A DNA stretch of 64,000 bases from an uncultured Syntrophobacterales bacterium (GTDB lineage: Bacteria > Desulfobacterota > Binatia > UBA9968 > JAJDTQ01), in assembly GCA_964438895.1 (NCBI GenBank), contig CAYTMJ010000003.1, positions 126-64,125 on the forward strand. The letters are read 5' to 3'. Positions 40,099 to 50,155 of this stretch are shown here, in pieces. The translations under genes were made by a program, and so were the position numbers. How positions within the stretch are numbered: position 1 is the stretch's first letter; each line of letters opens with the position of its first letter. The notes under the pieces were generated by a model. The model was given only the letters and a program-made list of their open reading frames with translations, ran no database searches and was not told where the DNA came from.

Positions 40099-40816
40099 AG
40101 GAAAGGTCGCCATTGTCACCGGCGCCAGCCGTGGTATCGGTCGGGTAGTAGCGATGGCCTTCGCGCGTGAGGGCGCGAGTGTAGCCATCGTTGGCGTGCA
40201 CGATCGTCAGGCCCTTGATACAGTGGAGCGTGAGCTATCAGCACTAGGAACCGAATGCATAGCGCGCTTGGTAGACGTCTCCCAGCGCTCAGAGGTGGAC
40301 GGTTTGGTGCGCGAAGTCGAGGAACGCTGGAGCCGCATCGACATTCTCGTCAATAACGCAGGCACCCTAACAGTCAAACGCTTCGAGGACATAACTGAGG
40401 ACCAATGGGACGAAACCATGAGAGTCCATCTCAAGGGAACGTTCAACGGTATGCAAGCCGTGCTCCCAAGCATGAAAAGGCAACAGTCAGGAAAAATCAT
40501 CAACCTCACTGGCCCCGCAGCACTGCGACCATCCAACGGTGTGTCGGACTACGCCAGTGCAAAGGGCGGCATCATAACACTGACCTTCAACGTCGCCAAC
40601 GAGATGAAACCCCACAACATCCAAGTCAACTGCATCTCCCCGATCGCGGATACACGAATGACCGACGCCATCGCCGAGTTCCGCGAGCGCGAGGGGATTT
40701 CCGATACCCGGCCTGCCCCTGCGCCGCCTGAATCCGTAGCGCCAGCATTCGTCTTCTTCGCGTCCAGCGACAGTGACTACATTACCGGCGAGGTCCTCGG
40801 ATTCCACCGGAAGTGA
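40085..40816 (+). CDS. SDR family NAD(P)-dependent oxidoreductase (FabG-like)
   Basis: TGASRGIG, VNNAG and YASAK motifs. Confidence 0.92.
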   Translation: MGRLEGKVAIVTGASRGIGRVVAMAFAREGASVAIVGVHDRQALDTVERELSALGTECIARLVDVSQRSEVDGLVREVEERWSRIDILVNNAGTLTVKRFEDITEDQWDETMRVHLKGTFNGMQAVLPSMKRQQSGKIINLTGPAALRPSNGVSDYASAKGGIITLTFNVANEMKPHNIQVNCISPIADTRMTDAIAEFREREGISDTRPAPAPPESVAPAFVFFASSDSDYITGEVLGFHRK

Positions 40817-41114
40817 GAGGGATGGTACCCTGCATAGAAATCAGGGACAATCAGGAAGGACCCCCTCAGTGTTCGTGGCGGTGCAACATGAAAGAAACAA
40901 GACTACCTCACGAGAGAGCAGAAAGTTCGTGGGCATGACTATACCAACTCCTCGCGAACATGTACTTCAATGCCGCTTATCCGAGAACGTCGGTCTCGGA
41001 AGCTAAGACCTAGTAATATAGGTAACAAAATCGTTATATACCTATCCGGGATCAGATTGCCCCGACGGGAATCACATCCGCTCAACAGCGGAAACTTAAA
41101 GGTATCCGGAATCG

Positions 41115-42026
41115 ATGAGTGCGACTGGCGACTATATCCGCGAAGCGCGGGAACAAAAGGGGTTGACGTTAGGGCAGGTCGAGGAGGCGACGCGCATCCC
41201 GCGCCACTACCTTGAAATTCTCGAAGGCGCGGGCGACGACCGTTTAGTCTCCGATCGTCTCTACATGGTCCACTTTCTCCGCAATTATGCCTCCTTTCTG
41301 GAAGTGGAGGCCGAGACCCTCGCGGTCCAATTTGTCCGCGAAAACCGCCACGTCGAAGCTGTCGCAGAAGAACCGCTGAAGCAGGAGTTGTCGTCAATGA
41401 CCATGGTAGGCGCCGCGATAGCGGTCCTACTCGTGCTCGTCGTTGGTGTCTACGTTCTGATGCCTGGCTTCTTCAACATTAAGGGTCCTACCGTACAGCA
41501 ACCCAGCGTCGCACCGACCCCTACCACAACCCCACAAAAGGATCTGGTTGCGCAACCGCTACCATTTAGCACCCCGATCTCCACCTCTAACGAGGCTAAC
41601 CCTTCTGTTCTTCAGCCCGAAGCCGATGAAGCCACGCCACCACCGTCTGCGTCAACAGCGGCCACGGTCCTGGACACAAACAAACCTATACCGCCCCGTC
41701 CAGGGCATATCGCGGCGTCGGAAACAAACGCGGCGACTAGAATTCCAGAGTCGTCGACCAACCCCGCGGTTGACGCATCGACAATCAATAATCTGACCAT
41801 CGTGGCTGATGAGAAGTCATGGCTGCGCGTCTGGGTCGACGACGAACGTTCCAGAGACATGCTGCTAGACCCCGGAGAGACGGTGACATTATCCGCACGA
41901 ACCGGTTTTGTCATAACCTTCGGTAATGCCGGTGGTGTACGTCTGTCGTTAAACCGGAAGGAGCTTCCCCGAGTGGGAGCTTCCGGTCAAGTGGTGCGAA
42001 GGTTCAAGCTTCCAAGGCCTGAGTAA
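41115..42026 (+). CDS. rodZ: RodZ-like protein (HTH_25, TM, linker, DUF4115)
   Basis: N-terminal HTH ([19 protein letters not shown]...LRNYASFL), a single TM, a Pro/Thr linker and a C-terminal SWLRV...GNAGGV. Confidence 0.8.
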   Translation: MSATGDYIREAREQKGLTLGQVEEATRIPRHYLEILEGAGDDRLVSDRLYMVHFLRNYASFLEVEAETLAVQFVRENRHVEAVAEEPLKQELSSMTMVGAAIAVLLVLVVGVYVLMPGFFNIKGPTVQQPSVAPTPTTTPQKDLVAQPLPFSTPISTSNEANPSVLQPEADEATPPPSASTAATVLDTNKPIPPRPGHIAASETNAATRIPESSTNPAVDASTINNLTIVADEKSWLRVWVDDERSRDMLLDPGETVTLSARTGFVITFGNAGGVRLSLNRKELPRVGASGQVVRRFKLPRPE

Positions 42027-42037
42027 GGCGCTCCCAG

Positions 42038-43072
42038 ATGATCGATCTGCGTTCCGATACCGTGACGACACCAACGTCAGAGATGCTTCAGGCGATGACA
42101 GTCGCCGAGGTAGGCGACGACGTATACGGCGAAGACCCTAGCATAAATCGGCTGGAGGAAGAGGTGGCAGGACTCCTTGGCAAGGACGCCGCGCTCTTTA
42201 CCCCTTCGGGATCCATGGCGAACCAGATCGCAATCTTGCTCCATACCAGGCCCGGGGACTCGGTCCTTTGCGAGGAGGGCTCACATACGGTCAACTACGA
42301 GGCTGGGGCTGGCGCGGCCCTTTCAGGGGTGCAGTTCGACATCATTCCATTCGAAGAGAAACTCTCCGATCAAGCCATCAAGAGTACCTTCCGTGCCGAC
42401 GGTCTACACGAATCACCGTCCACCCTAATCCTAGTGGAGAACACCCATAACCGCGGACGGGGTCGTGCCCTCGTACCGCAAGAGACGGAACGAATCGTAG
42501 CCACCGCGCGCGACCTGGGGCTCAAAACGCACTGCGACGGCGCCAGGCTCTGGAACGCCGCGGTCGCCACCGGGAGTTCCGAACGCGAACTCGCTGCAGG
42601 CTTCAATACTGTCGCCGTATGCTTCTCTAAAGGCCTGGGGGCACCCGTAGGGTCAGCGCTGGCTGGGGGGCGGGGTGACATTGCTCGGGCGCGCAAGATT
42701 CGGAAGCGGCTGGGTGGTGGGATGCGCCAGGCTGGGTTCTTAGCGGCGGCAGCGCTCTACGGTATGAGACAGCATCGCAGTCGTCTTTCGGAAGATCACC
42801 GGCGCGCGGCTACCCTAGCTCAGGGGTTGGCAGAAGTCGTCCATGACGGGCACCCGCTCGAGGTCGACATTCCAGATCCGACAACCAACATGGTCTATTG
42901 GCATGTGTCCGACGGACCGAAGGTCGTGGAATTGGCACGGCGCAGGGGGGTTCTCATGAACCACGTGGGGGCCGGCTGGATCCGGGCGGTCACCCATCTC
43001 CAAATCTCGGACTCGGACATCCACGAGGCGATCCTGCGGATACGTGAAGTGCTACTAGCGTCCGGAAAGTGA
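42038..43072 (+). CDS. ltaE: Low-specificity L-threonine aldolase
   Basis: [26 protein letters not shown] and [12 protein letters not shown] motifs. Confidence 0.93.
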   Translation: MIDLRSDTVTTPTSEMLQAMTVAEVGDDVYGEDPSINRLEEEVAGLLGKDAALFTPSGSMANQIAILLHTRPGDSVLCEEGSHTVNYEAGAGAALSGVQFDIIPFEEKLSDQAIKSTFRADGLHESPSTLILVENTHNRGRGRALVPQETERIVATARDLGLKTHCDGARLWNAAVATGSSERELAAGFNTVAVCFSKGLGAPVGSALAGGRGDIARARKIRKRLGGGMRQAGFLAAAALYGMRQHRSRLSEDHRRAATLAQGLAEVVHDGHPLEVDIPDPTTNMVYWHVSDGPKVVELARRRGVLMNHVGAGWIRAVTHLQISDSDIHEAILRIREVLLASGK

Positions 43073-44199
43073 AGTCGGGGAAAACAGACATGCAACCGGA
43101 ACGAGCACGTTACGTCATCATCGGCGCCGGTTTCGCCGGTGCTGCCACCGCCTACCAACTCATCCTACAGGGCGTCCGCCAGTTAGTCATTATTGAGCAG
43201 GAATCAGTGGCTGGATTCCACTCCTCAGGCCGAAATGCCGGTTTTATCCGCCAAGTACTGGCCGAACCGTCCGTGGCTGACCTGGCAGTACAATCGGCAG
43301 TTTTTATCCGCCAGCTACCGGGAGACTGGCCGTCTCCGGTTTCCTACAATGCCATCGGCTCCCTAATAGTCGGATTCGGACAACAGTGGGAAGCTCTACG
43401 TAACGACGCGGACCTGGCGCGCCAAAGGGGGCTGGCAGTTGAATGCTGGTCGCCCCATCAGGCCCGGGAGGCAATGCCCATCCTTCAGGGCGCCGTACTA
43501 GATGGAGCCATCTGGTGCGCATCGGACGGTGCCATCGACGTCCACGCCTTGTTGTCTGGCTACCTCAAGGTTGCCCAAAGCGGGGGGGCCGTCATACACT
43601 ATGACACCAGGGTAACTGAAGTGCGGTCACGAAATGGGCATATTCAGGGTGTCGGGACGGATCACGGGTTCTTCGAAGCCGATGTGGTCGTGAATGCGGC
43701 CGGGCCCTGGGCTGGCCCAGTGGGCGTAATGGCGGGAGCAACACCCATCACCTTTCACCCACGGCGACGGCACCTGTTCGTAACCCCGCCGCTAGACTGG
43801 GTCAAACCCGATTGGCCCTTCGTCCTCGACATTTCCAACGAGGTCTACTTCCAGCCGAGCTCCGGGGGGCTCATGTTGTGCCCTTGCGACGAGGACGAAT
43901 TGCCGCCTAGCGACCCTCCGACGCGTCCCGATGCCCTTGAATTTCTAGCGGAGAGGCTGGCTACCACGTATCCCAAATTCCCCAACGTGCCCATCAGCCG
44001 ATACTGGGCGGGGCTTCGAACCTTCACTAATGACAACCGGTTCGTTATCGGTTGGGATCCTACGATAAAAGGTTTCTTCTGGGTCGCCGGTCTCGGCGGC
44101 CACGGCGTCACCACCAGCGCAGCCATAGGCTCCCTGGCCACACGGCTCATTTTCGGAGAGGACGCAGATTCGAATTTCTCACCCGCACGCTTTGTCTAA
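43069..44199 (+). CDS. FAD-dependent oxidoreductase (D-amino acid oxidase/sarcosine oxidase beta-like)
   Basis: [28 protein letters not shown] and GGHG motifs. Confidence 0.88.
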   Translation: MKSGKTDMQPERARYVIIGAGFAGAATAYQLILQGVRQLVIIEQESVAGFHSSGRNAGFIRQVLAEPSVADLAVQSAVFIRQLPGDWPSPVSYNAIGSLIVGFGQQWEALRNDADLARQRGLAVECWSPHQAREAMPILQGAVLDGAIWCASDGAIDVHALLSGYLKVAQSGGAVIHYDTRVTEVRSRNGHIQGVGTDHGFFEADVVVNAAGPWAGPVGVMAGATPITFHPRRRHLFVTPPLDWVKPDWPFVLDISNEVYFQPSSGGLMLCPCDEDELPPSDPPTRPDALEFLAERLATTYPKFPNVPISRYWAGLRTFTNDNRFVIGWDPTIKGFFWVAGLGGHGVTTSAAIGSLATRLIFGEDADSNFSPARFV

Positions 44200-44804
44200 T
44201 TGTCCTCCCGCTTCACCAAAACCTCATCGATGATTCGATAGTCCAGGGCCGCCGACGAAGTCATGTACCGATCCCGACTCGTGTCTTGTTCGATGGTCTC
44301 GAGGCTCTGCCCCGTGTGCTTGACTAGGATCCCGTTTAGCTCCCCGCGTACCCGGAGGATCTCCTTCGCGTGGATGTCGATATCCGCCGCAGATCCCTGA
44401 TAGCCTCCCAAGGGTTGGTGTATCATGACTCGGGCGTGGGGTAACGCAAATCGCTTTCCCGACTGACCCGCCGCTAGCAGCAACGCACCCATGCTAGCCG
44501 CTTCGCCAATGCACACCGTGGATACATCCGGCCGGATATACTGCATTGTGTCATAAATGGCCAAGCCAGCGGTCACCAATCCGCCGGGTGAGTTGATATA
44601 GAGATATATGTCCGGTTCGGGATCCTCCGATTCGAGGTATAGCAATTGGGCCGCAATGGTGTTGGCTACCGGGTCGTCGATCTCACCGACCAGAAACACG
44701 ATACGATCTCGGAGCATGCGTGAGTACAGGTCGTACGCTCGCTCCCCGCGCCCGCTATCTTCCACCACAGTGGGTATTTCAATCTGGTTGCGCATACGGT
44801 TCAA
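44196..44804 (-). CDS. clpP: ATP-dependent Clp protease proteolytic subunit
   Basis: YINSPGG, AASMG (Ser), MIHQP (His) and RDRYM (Asp). Start may be ATG 44795. Confidence 0.95.
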   Translation of the reverse strand: MNRMRNQIEIPTVVEDSGRGERAYDLYSRMLRDRIVFLVGEIDDPVANTIAAQLLYLESEDPEPDIYLYINSPGGLVTAGLAIYDTMQYIRPDVSTVCIGEAASMGALLLAAGQSGKRFALPHARVMIHQPLGGYQGSAADIDIHAKEILRVRGELNGILVKHTGQSLETIEQDTSRDRYMTSSAALDYRIIDEVLVKREDN

Positions 44805-44976
44805 AGGTAACGGATCGATCGCAGCTCGCGTTCGTGCCGCGCCCCGCGTGCTTCTTAGGATATCCTAGAGCCCTGTCCGAGTCCAATGCGTTCTGGCATC
44901 GTCTGTCGCAACCTGTATATTACGGCTAAGATAGACGAAGAGCAGTGCTTAAATTCGGTTTTCGGAGGCAAGGACA

Positions 44977-45699
44977 ATGTCAGACGACTACAACCTAAAA
45001 GACGTGCCGGAATCCATGCATCCGCCGCTCCGGCGTTACGCGGAGACCTTGATGGAGTTTGCAGGCACCAACGCCCAGTCGTTGACCCTGTTCGGCGCAA
45101 TCACTACCGATGCCTTTAATCCCCGATCCCACACGGCGCGGAGCGTCTTCGTTGTAGGCACCGTAGACCTCGAGATGCTAAAGCGGTTGGGGCAGCAAGG
45201 GCCGCGCCTGGGGAAAGCTCGCATCGCCGCGCCGCTGGTCATGACTCCCGAGTACATCAAAGCATCCATGGACACCTTCCCGCTCGAGTTCCTAGAAATC
45301 GCACAGCGCCGTATTTGCGTGTTCGGAGAAGACTCTTTCGGGGACCTTTCTCTCGAAGCCTCGGACGTACGACACCAGTGCGAGCGTGAACTCAAAACCA
45401 TCTTGCTCGGCATGAGGCAAGCGTTGCTAGCCACCGCTGGTCGGAACAAGGCCCTAACTACCATAGAGGTCGACGTTGGAGAACGCATGATCCGCTCGTT
45501 ACGGGGATTGCTCTGGCTCCACGGAGAAGCTGAACCCGGGCTACCGATTGACACGGTGGCAGCCATCGAAAATGGCATCCAACGTTCGTTGCCTGGGATT
45601 CGTAGCGCCATCGACGATCGGAGCACGCATGGGTGGGAGGAATTCAAAATCCTCTACGCAGACGTCGACGCTCTCAGGAACCACATCGATGCATGGTAG
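44977..45699 (+). CDS. Nucleotidyltransferase-fold (pol beta-like) protein, apparently catalytically degenerate
   Basis: SLTLFGA...FNP N-terminus, PLVMT..SMDTFPLEFLEI and QCERELK resemble LemA/TPM-associated NTase-like proteins. GGAGG/AAGGA RBS. Confidence 0.6.
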   Translation: MSDDYNLKDVPESMHPPLRRYAETLMEFAGTNAQSLTLFGAITTDAFNPRSHTARSVFVVGTVDLEMLKRLGQQGPRLGKARIAAPLVMTPEYIKASMDTFPLEFLEIAQRRICVFGEDSFGDLSLEASDVRHQCERELKTILLGMRQALLATAGRNKALTTIEVDVGERMIRSLRGLLWLHGEAEPGLPIDTVAAIENGIQRSLPGIRSAIDDRSTHGWEEFKILYADVDALRNHIDAW

Positions 45700-46522
45700 C
45701 ACTAGTCGACTCCTTCGCCCATGGACAGTGCTGGTGTTGTGCATTGCGGCACTAGCGTCAGTCGCTCCCGAAACCGCTACCGCCAGAACCATCAAGGATC
45801 CGGGCAGCTACGTGGTGGACACCGCCGGCCTCATCGACGCCGCAACCGAACGCAGGGTGGAAGGCTGGCTCCGCGAATTGGAGCAAAAGACCACTGCTCA
45901 GGTCAAAGTCCTCACCGTGCGCACTACCGAGGGCGAGGATTTCTTCGGATTTGTACACCGACATGCGGAGGCCTGGAAACTCGGCCGCAAGGGAAAAGAC
46001 AACGGCGCCCTCATCGCATTGACCCTAAAGGAGCGGAAGGTGCGCGTGCACGTCGGTTACGGCCTAGAGGGTGCGCTACCCGACTCCTGGGCAGGCACAG
46101 CCTCCCGACAAGTGATCGAGAAGTTCTTCAAAGAAAAAAAATATACCCAAGGGCTGTTAGCCCTCACGGTAGCAACGGCCAATCGAATAGCAGACACGTC
46201 GCGGGTTAAACTTACGGGCGCCCCAGACTATCGGATACGGGGCGGTCGGCGGACAATGACTCGCACCACCGGTGGAGCCTCGTTGATGCCGGTGCTAATG
46301 TTGCTGTTCTTCTTGAACTCCTTGCGACGGCGACGACATCGAACCGCTTGGGGCGGCCGGGGCGCTGCATCCAGCTTTCTGACGGGCGCCCTACTTGGTA
46401 GTCTTCTCGGTGGGGGTAGGGGGTCATGGGGTGCGCCAGGCGGTGGGCTTGGCGGTGGTTTTGGAGGTGGTTTTGGAGGTGGAGGTGGTTTTGGAGGTGG
46501 AGGTGGAGGTGGCGGGTGGTAA
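45689..46522 (+). CDS. TPM domain (YgcG-like) membrane protein with Gly-rich tail
   Basis: VVDTAGLI, WKLGRKGKDNGAL, HVGYGLEGALPD, a TM segment and the C-terminal GGFGGGGGGGGW. Confidence 0.9.
   Translation: MHGSTSRLLRPWTVLVLCIAALASVAPETATARTIKDPGSYVVDTAGLIDAATERRVEGWLRELEQKTTAQVKVLTVRTTEGEDFFGFVHRHAEAWKLGRKGKDNGALIALTLKERKVRVHVGYGLEGALPDSWAGTASRQVIEKFFKEKKYTQGLLALTVATANRIADTSRVKLTGAPDYRIRGGRRTMTRTTGGASLMPVLMLLFFLNSLRRRRHRTAWGGRGAASSFLTGALLGSLLGGGRGSWGAPGGGLGGGFGGGFGGGGGFGGGGGGGGW
46442..46519 (+). repeat. GGT/GGA-rich imperfect microrepeat encoding poly-Gly
   Basis: Repeated GGTGGTTTTGGAGGT units in the TPM tail. Confidence 0.7.
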
Positions 46523-46649
46523 CACCAAACCGTACGTGGATATGAAATTTGCCCGCCATTTGTAGCCAACAGCAGGGTGAGCGAGCTCACACACCCACTT
46601 GGCTGGGGTTGTGATCCGTGGGCGTGTCTCGCAGACAAGGGGAGCGAAC

Positions 46650-47222
46650 TTGAGCGCATCAAGAATATTTTTGATATTTCTGGCAGCAGTCGTCGCTATA
46701 GTCTTGTTGGCAGGTGGTTGCGTACTCAGCGGTTACAACCGTGCCATCAAACTGGATGAGGGGGTCAAAAAACAGTGGGCCCAAGTGGAGAACCAACTTC
46801 AACGGCGCTTCGAATTGATTCCAAACTTAGTGAAAACGGTTAAGGGTGTGGCCAAACAGGAGGAGAAAATCTTTCTGGGCGTGGCCAATGCGCGCAAGGC
46901 CTATTTCCAGGCGAACACAGTCAACAAGAAGGCACAGGCCGCTGCTGGCTTCGAGCGCGCGCTATCCCGGTTGTTGGTTTTACGGGAACGGTACCCACAG
47001 CTTAAGTCCAACCAGTCCTTTCTAAAGCTCCAGGACCAACTCGAAGGAACCGAAAACCGTCTTGCGGTGGAAAGAAAGCGATTTAACGATAGCGTTGCCG
47101 CGGTCAACACCTTCGTCCGGAAACTTCCCGGACGCTTCTACGCGGAGCTTGCGGGGATAGAGAAGGCTGAATACTTCAAGGTAGAGGAAGCAGTCAGGGA
47201 AACACCGAAGGTCAACTTCTGA
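46650..47222 (+). CDS. lemA: LemA family protein
   Basis: N-terminal TM, WAQVENQLQRRFELIPNLV, ERYPQLKSN and QLEGTENRLAVER. TTG start follows AAGGGGAG. Confidence 0.93.
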   Translation: MSASRIFLIFLAAVVAIVLLAGGCVLSGYNRAIKLDEGVKKQWAQVENQLQRRFELIPNLVKTVKGVAKQEEKIFLGVANARKAYFQANTVNKKAQAAAGFERALSRLLVLRERYPQLKSNQSFLKLQDQLEGTENRLAVERKRFNDSVAAVNTFVRKLPGRFYAELAGIEKAEYFKVEEAVRETPKVNF

Positions 47223-47281
47223 GGTGTCACCAAGACTCTTCCGATTATGAGGTTGCTGGTTGGAGTTTTTTTAAGCGGACC

Positions 47282-47312
47282 CTATGAAGTCTGATCCTTC
47301 ATAGATTTCTTC
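47282..47312 (+). terminator. Putative intrinsic terminator after lemA
   Basis: CTATGAAG-N7-CTTCATAG stem followed by ATTTCTTC, between convergent genes. Confidence 0.35.
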
Positions 47313-47407
47313 ATCGCCATATCGGTCGAGTACTGGTTACGAACATCGCGATAGCGCCTGCCCCGTAACGACCACCGGCTACCCTAGAACGCTCACCCCT
47401 GTATCCG

Positions 47408-50155
47408 CTACAGCGCTTCCACGCGCGCAGCACAGAACTTGTACTCAGGAATCTTGCTATAAGGATCTAGTGCAGGGTTGGTCAAAAGATTGACCGCCGC
47501 CTCGGCAAAGCAGAACGGGATAAAGACGCATCCATCGGGGATAGCACTATCAGCCCGCGACTGGATCTCAATGACACCGCGGCGAGTGGAGACTCGTACT
47601 AGCTCTCCCGGTGACACGCCTAACCGGCGTAGTTCCGCGGGGGACAAACTTGCCACCGCCTCCGGCTCCAACTCGTCCAATACGCTAGCCCGCCTGGTTA
47701 TGGCACCCGTGTGCCAGTGCTCCAATTGCCGACCGGTGCTAAGAATCATCGGGAAGACCTCATCCGGTTGCTCGTCCGGGGGAATGATGTCCACGGGTAC
47801 TAGCTGACCCCGTCCGGTGGCCGTGGGAAAGCCATCGCCAAACACCACCTCGGTTCCCGGAAGTTCAGAACTCGCACAGGGGTAAGTGACCGAACTTTCG
47901 CGCCCCACGCGCTCCCAGGTGATGTGGTCGAGGGATGGCATGACGCGTCCCATTTCCGCGAACACATCGGCAGGTCCTGCATAGTTCCAATCGAGCCCCA
48001 TTCGCTGCGCCAACGCCTGAATGATCCACCAGTCCTGCCGGACTCCGTTCGGGGGCATCAACGCTGCTCGTCCCATTTGTACCTGACGGTTAGTGTTCGT
48101 AACTGTTCCGGTCTTCTCCGGCCATGCCGAGGCCGGGAGCACGACATCCGCGTGAAATGCGGTCTCAGTCAGGAAGATCTCCTGCACTACTAGGTGCTCG
48201 AGTTTAGCTAAGCCCTCCCGCGCATGTTGGGCATCAGGATCCGACATGGCCGGGTTCTCACCCATGATGTAAATACCCTTGATCTGCCCAGAATGCACCG
48301 CGTCCATAATCTCCATTACCGTTAGCCCGCGCTTAGAATCGAGAGCGATGTGCCAGACATCCTCAAAACGGTGGCGCGTGCTGGATTCTTCCACCGCCCG
48401 ATAGTCCGGATAGAACATAGGAACAAGGCCGGCGTCCGAGGCTCCCTGCACGTTATTCTGGCCACGCAGGGGGTGCAACCCAGTACCAGGTCTTCCAACT
48501 TGTCCAGTAATCAAGGCGAGTGCAATCAAGCAACGGGCGTTGTCGGTTCCGTGGATGTGCTGCGAAATTCCCATCCCCCAGAAAATGACAGCGGCCTTGG
48601 CACCGGCGTAAAGCCGCGCCACCGAGCGGATGGTGCTGGCATCAATCCCGCAGGCAATTGCCATAACCTCCGGCGTGAAACCGGCCACATGCTGCTTCAA
48701 CTCGTCGAAGCCTTCTGTGTGAGCCACTACGTAGTCTCGGTCGTAGAGCTCTTCCCCAATAATGACGTTAAGCAACGCATTGAGCAGCGCGACGTCGGCC
48801 CCAGGCTTGAATTGAAGCATCCATGTTGCATGCCGCCGCAAAGCCTGGCCCCGAGGGTCCATCACAATAAGCTCGGCCCCTCGTCTTGCCGCTTGCTTGA
48901 AATAGGTAGCCGCCACTGGGTGGTTCTCCGTAGGGTTAGCACCAATCACGACAATGACGTCGGAGTCCTCGCAGGTAGTAAAGGGCGCAGTCACAGCGGC
49001 GGAGCCAATCCCCTCCATCAGTGCCGCCACCGAGGACGCATGACACAAACGGGTACAATGGTCCACATTGTTGGTACCGAAACCTGAACGCACAAGCTTC
49101 TGCACCAAGTACGCCTCTTCGTTGGACCCCTTGGCCGAACCGTAACCTGCCAGGGCCGAACCACCATCCCGGTCCCGAATCCTTTGGAAGCCTTCAGCCG
49201 CCAAGTCTAACGCCTCCTCCCAGGTGGCCTCCCGGAAATGACTATGGAAGTTTCCCGGGTCCACATCTACAGAGGCATCCTTTGGTGCATCCTCGCGGCG
49301 GACCAACGGGACGGTGAGCCGGTGTGGGTGGCTCACGTAGTCAAAGCCGAATCGGCCCTTAACGCAGAGCCGATTTCGATTCGAGGGGCCGTTTCGGCCG
49401 CGCACTGCGGCGATCGCATTATCCTTCACCAGGTAGTCGATCTGACAACCTACGCCGCAATAGGGGCATACACTAGGCACCTCGGTGTAAGCCTCCCGCT
49501 TATCCGTCCCGGCTGCGTCCACTAGGGAAGTGGGGGTGAGGGCACCGGTTGGACACGCTTGAACACACTCACCACAAGCCACGCAAGTGCTCTCCCCCAT
49601 GGGATCATCAAAATCGAAGACGACCTTAGCACCGACGCCGCGGTAACCCATGCCAATGACATCGTTCACCTGCACCTCTCGGCAGGCACGCACACACAAC
49701 GTGCAGTGTATACAGGCATCGAGCGCCACCCGAATCGCCGGATGGGTAACGTCGGCCGCTGGGGCTTCACGTACCGGAAACCGGCTTTCTGTCACGTCCA
49801 GCCGTTCCGCCCACTGCCAAAGACGCGACCGTGAGTCGTGCGCAACCTTCCGTGGGGGTTGGTCTGCCATCAACAGCTCCAGCACCATCCCACGAGCGTT
49901 CCTTGCCCGTTCGCTCCCGGTTGTCACCTTCATCCCCGGCGTCGGCCGTCGAATACACGAGGCTGTTAATACGCGTTCCCCCTCTACTTCCACCACACAC
50001 GCGCGACAATTGCCGTCCGAGCGGTAGCCCGGCTGCGGGTCATAGCACAACCGCGGGAGCAACGTACCGTTGCGCTCGGCCGTCTGCCAGATGTTCTCGT
50101 CGGGTAGTGCTTCTACATCACGTCCATCGAGAATGAACCGTACAGGCTCGCTCAC
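47408..50155 (-). CDS. fdhF: NAD-dependent formate dehydrogenase alpha subunit (Methylorubrum Fdh1A-like, Mo/W-bis-MGD, Cys ligand)
   Basis: N-terminal 2Fe-2S and two 4Fe-4S motifs, CPYCGVGC, LCVKGRFG, DHCTRLCH and LRGQNNVQG. Confidence 0.93.
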   Translation of the reverse strand: MSEPVRFILDGRDVEALPDENIWQTAERNGTLLPRLCYDPQPGYRSDGNCRACVVEVEGERVLTASCIRRPTPGMKVTTGSERARNARGMVLELLMADQPPRKVAHDSRSRLWQWAERLDVTESRFPVREAPAADVTHPAIRVALDACIHCTLCVRACREVQVNDVIGMGYRGVGAKVVFDFDDPMGESTCVACGECVQACPTGALTPTSLVDAAGTDKREAYTEVPSVCPYCGVGCQIDYLVKDNAIAAVRGRNGPSNRNRLCVKGRFGFDYVSHPHRLTVPLVRREDAPKDASVDVDPGNFHSHFREATWEEALDLAAEGFQRIRDRDGGSALAGYGSAKGSNEEAYLVQKLVRSGFGTNNVDHCTRLCHASSVAALMEGIGSAAVTAPFTTCEDSDVIVVIGANPTENHPVAATYFKQAARRGAELIVMDPRGQALRRHATWMLQFKPGADVALLNALLNVIIGEELYDRDYVVAHTEGFDELKQHVAGFTPEVMAIACGIDASTIRSVARLYAGAKAAVIFWGMGISQHIHGTDNARCLIALALITGQVGRPGTGLHPLRGQNNVQGASDAGLVPMFYPDYRAVEESSTRHRFEDVWHIALDSKRGLTVMEIMDAVHSGQIKGIYIMGENPAMSDPDAQHAREGLAKLEHLVVQEIFLTETAFHADVVLPASAWPEKTGTVTNTNRQVQMGRAALMPPNGVRQDWWIIQALAQRMGLDWNYAGPADVFAEMGRVMPSLDHITWERVGRESSVTYPCASSELPGTEVVFGDGFPTATGRGQLVPVDIIPPDEQPDEVFPMILSTGRQLEHWHTGAITRRASVLDELEPEAVASLSPAELRRLGVSPGELVRVSTRRGVIEIQSRADSAIPDGCVFIPFCFAEAAVNLLTNPALDPYSKIPEYKFCAARVEAL

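Noticed and set aside
47408-50155. Possible selenocysteine FDH
   Set aside because: The metal-ligand position is Cys (RLCH) and there is no in-frame TGA.
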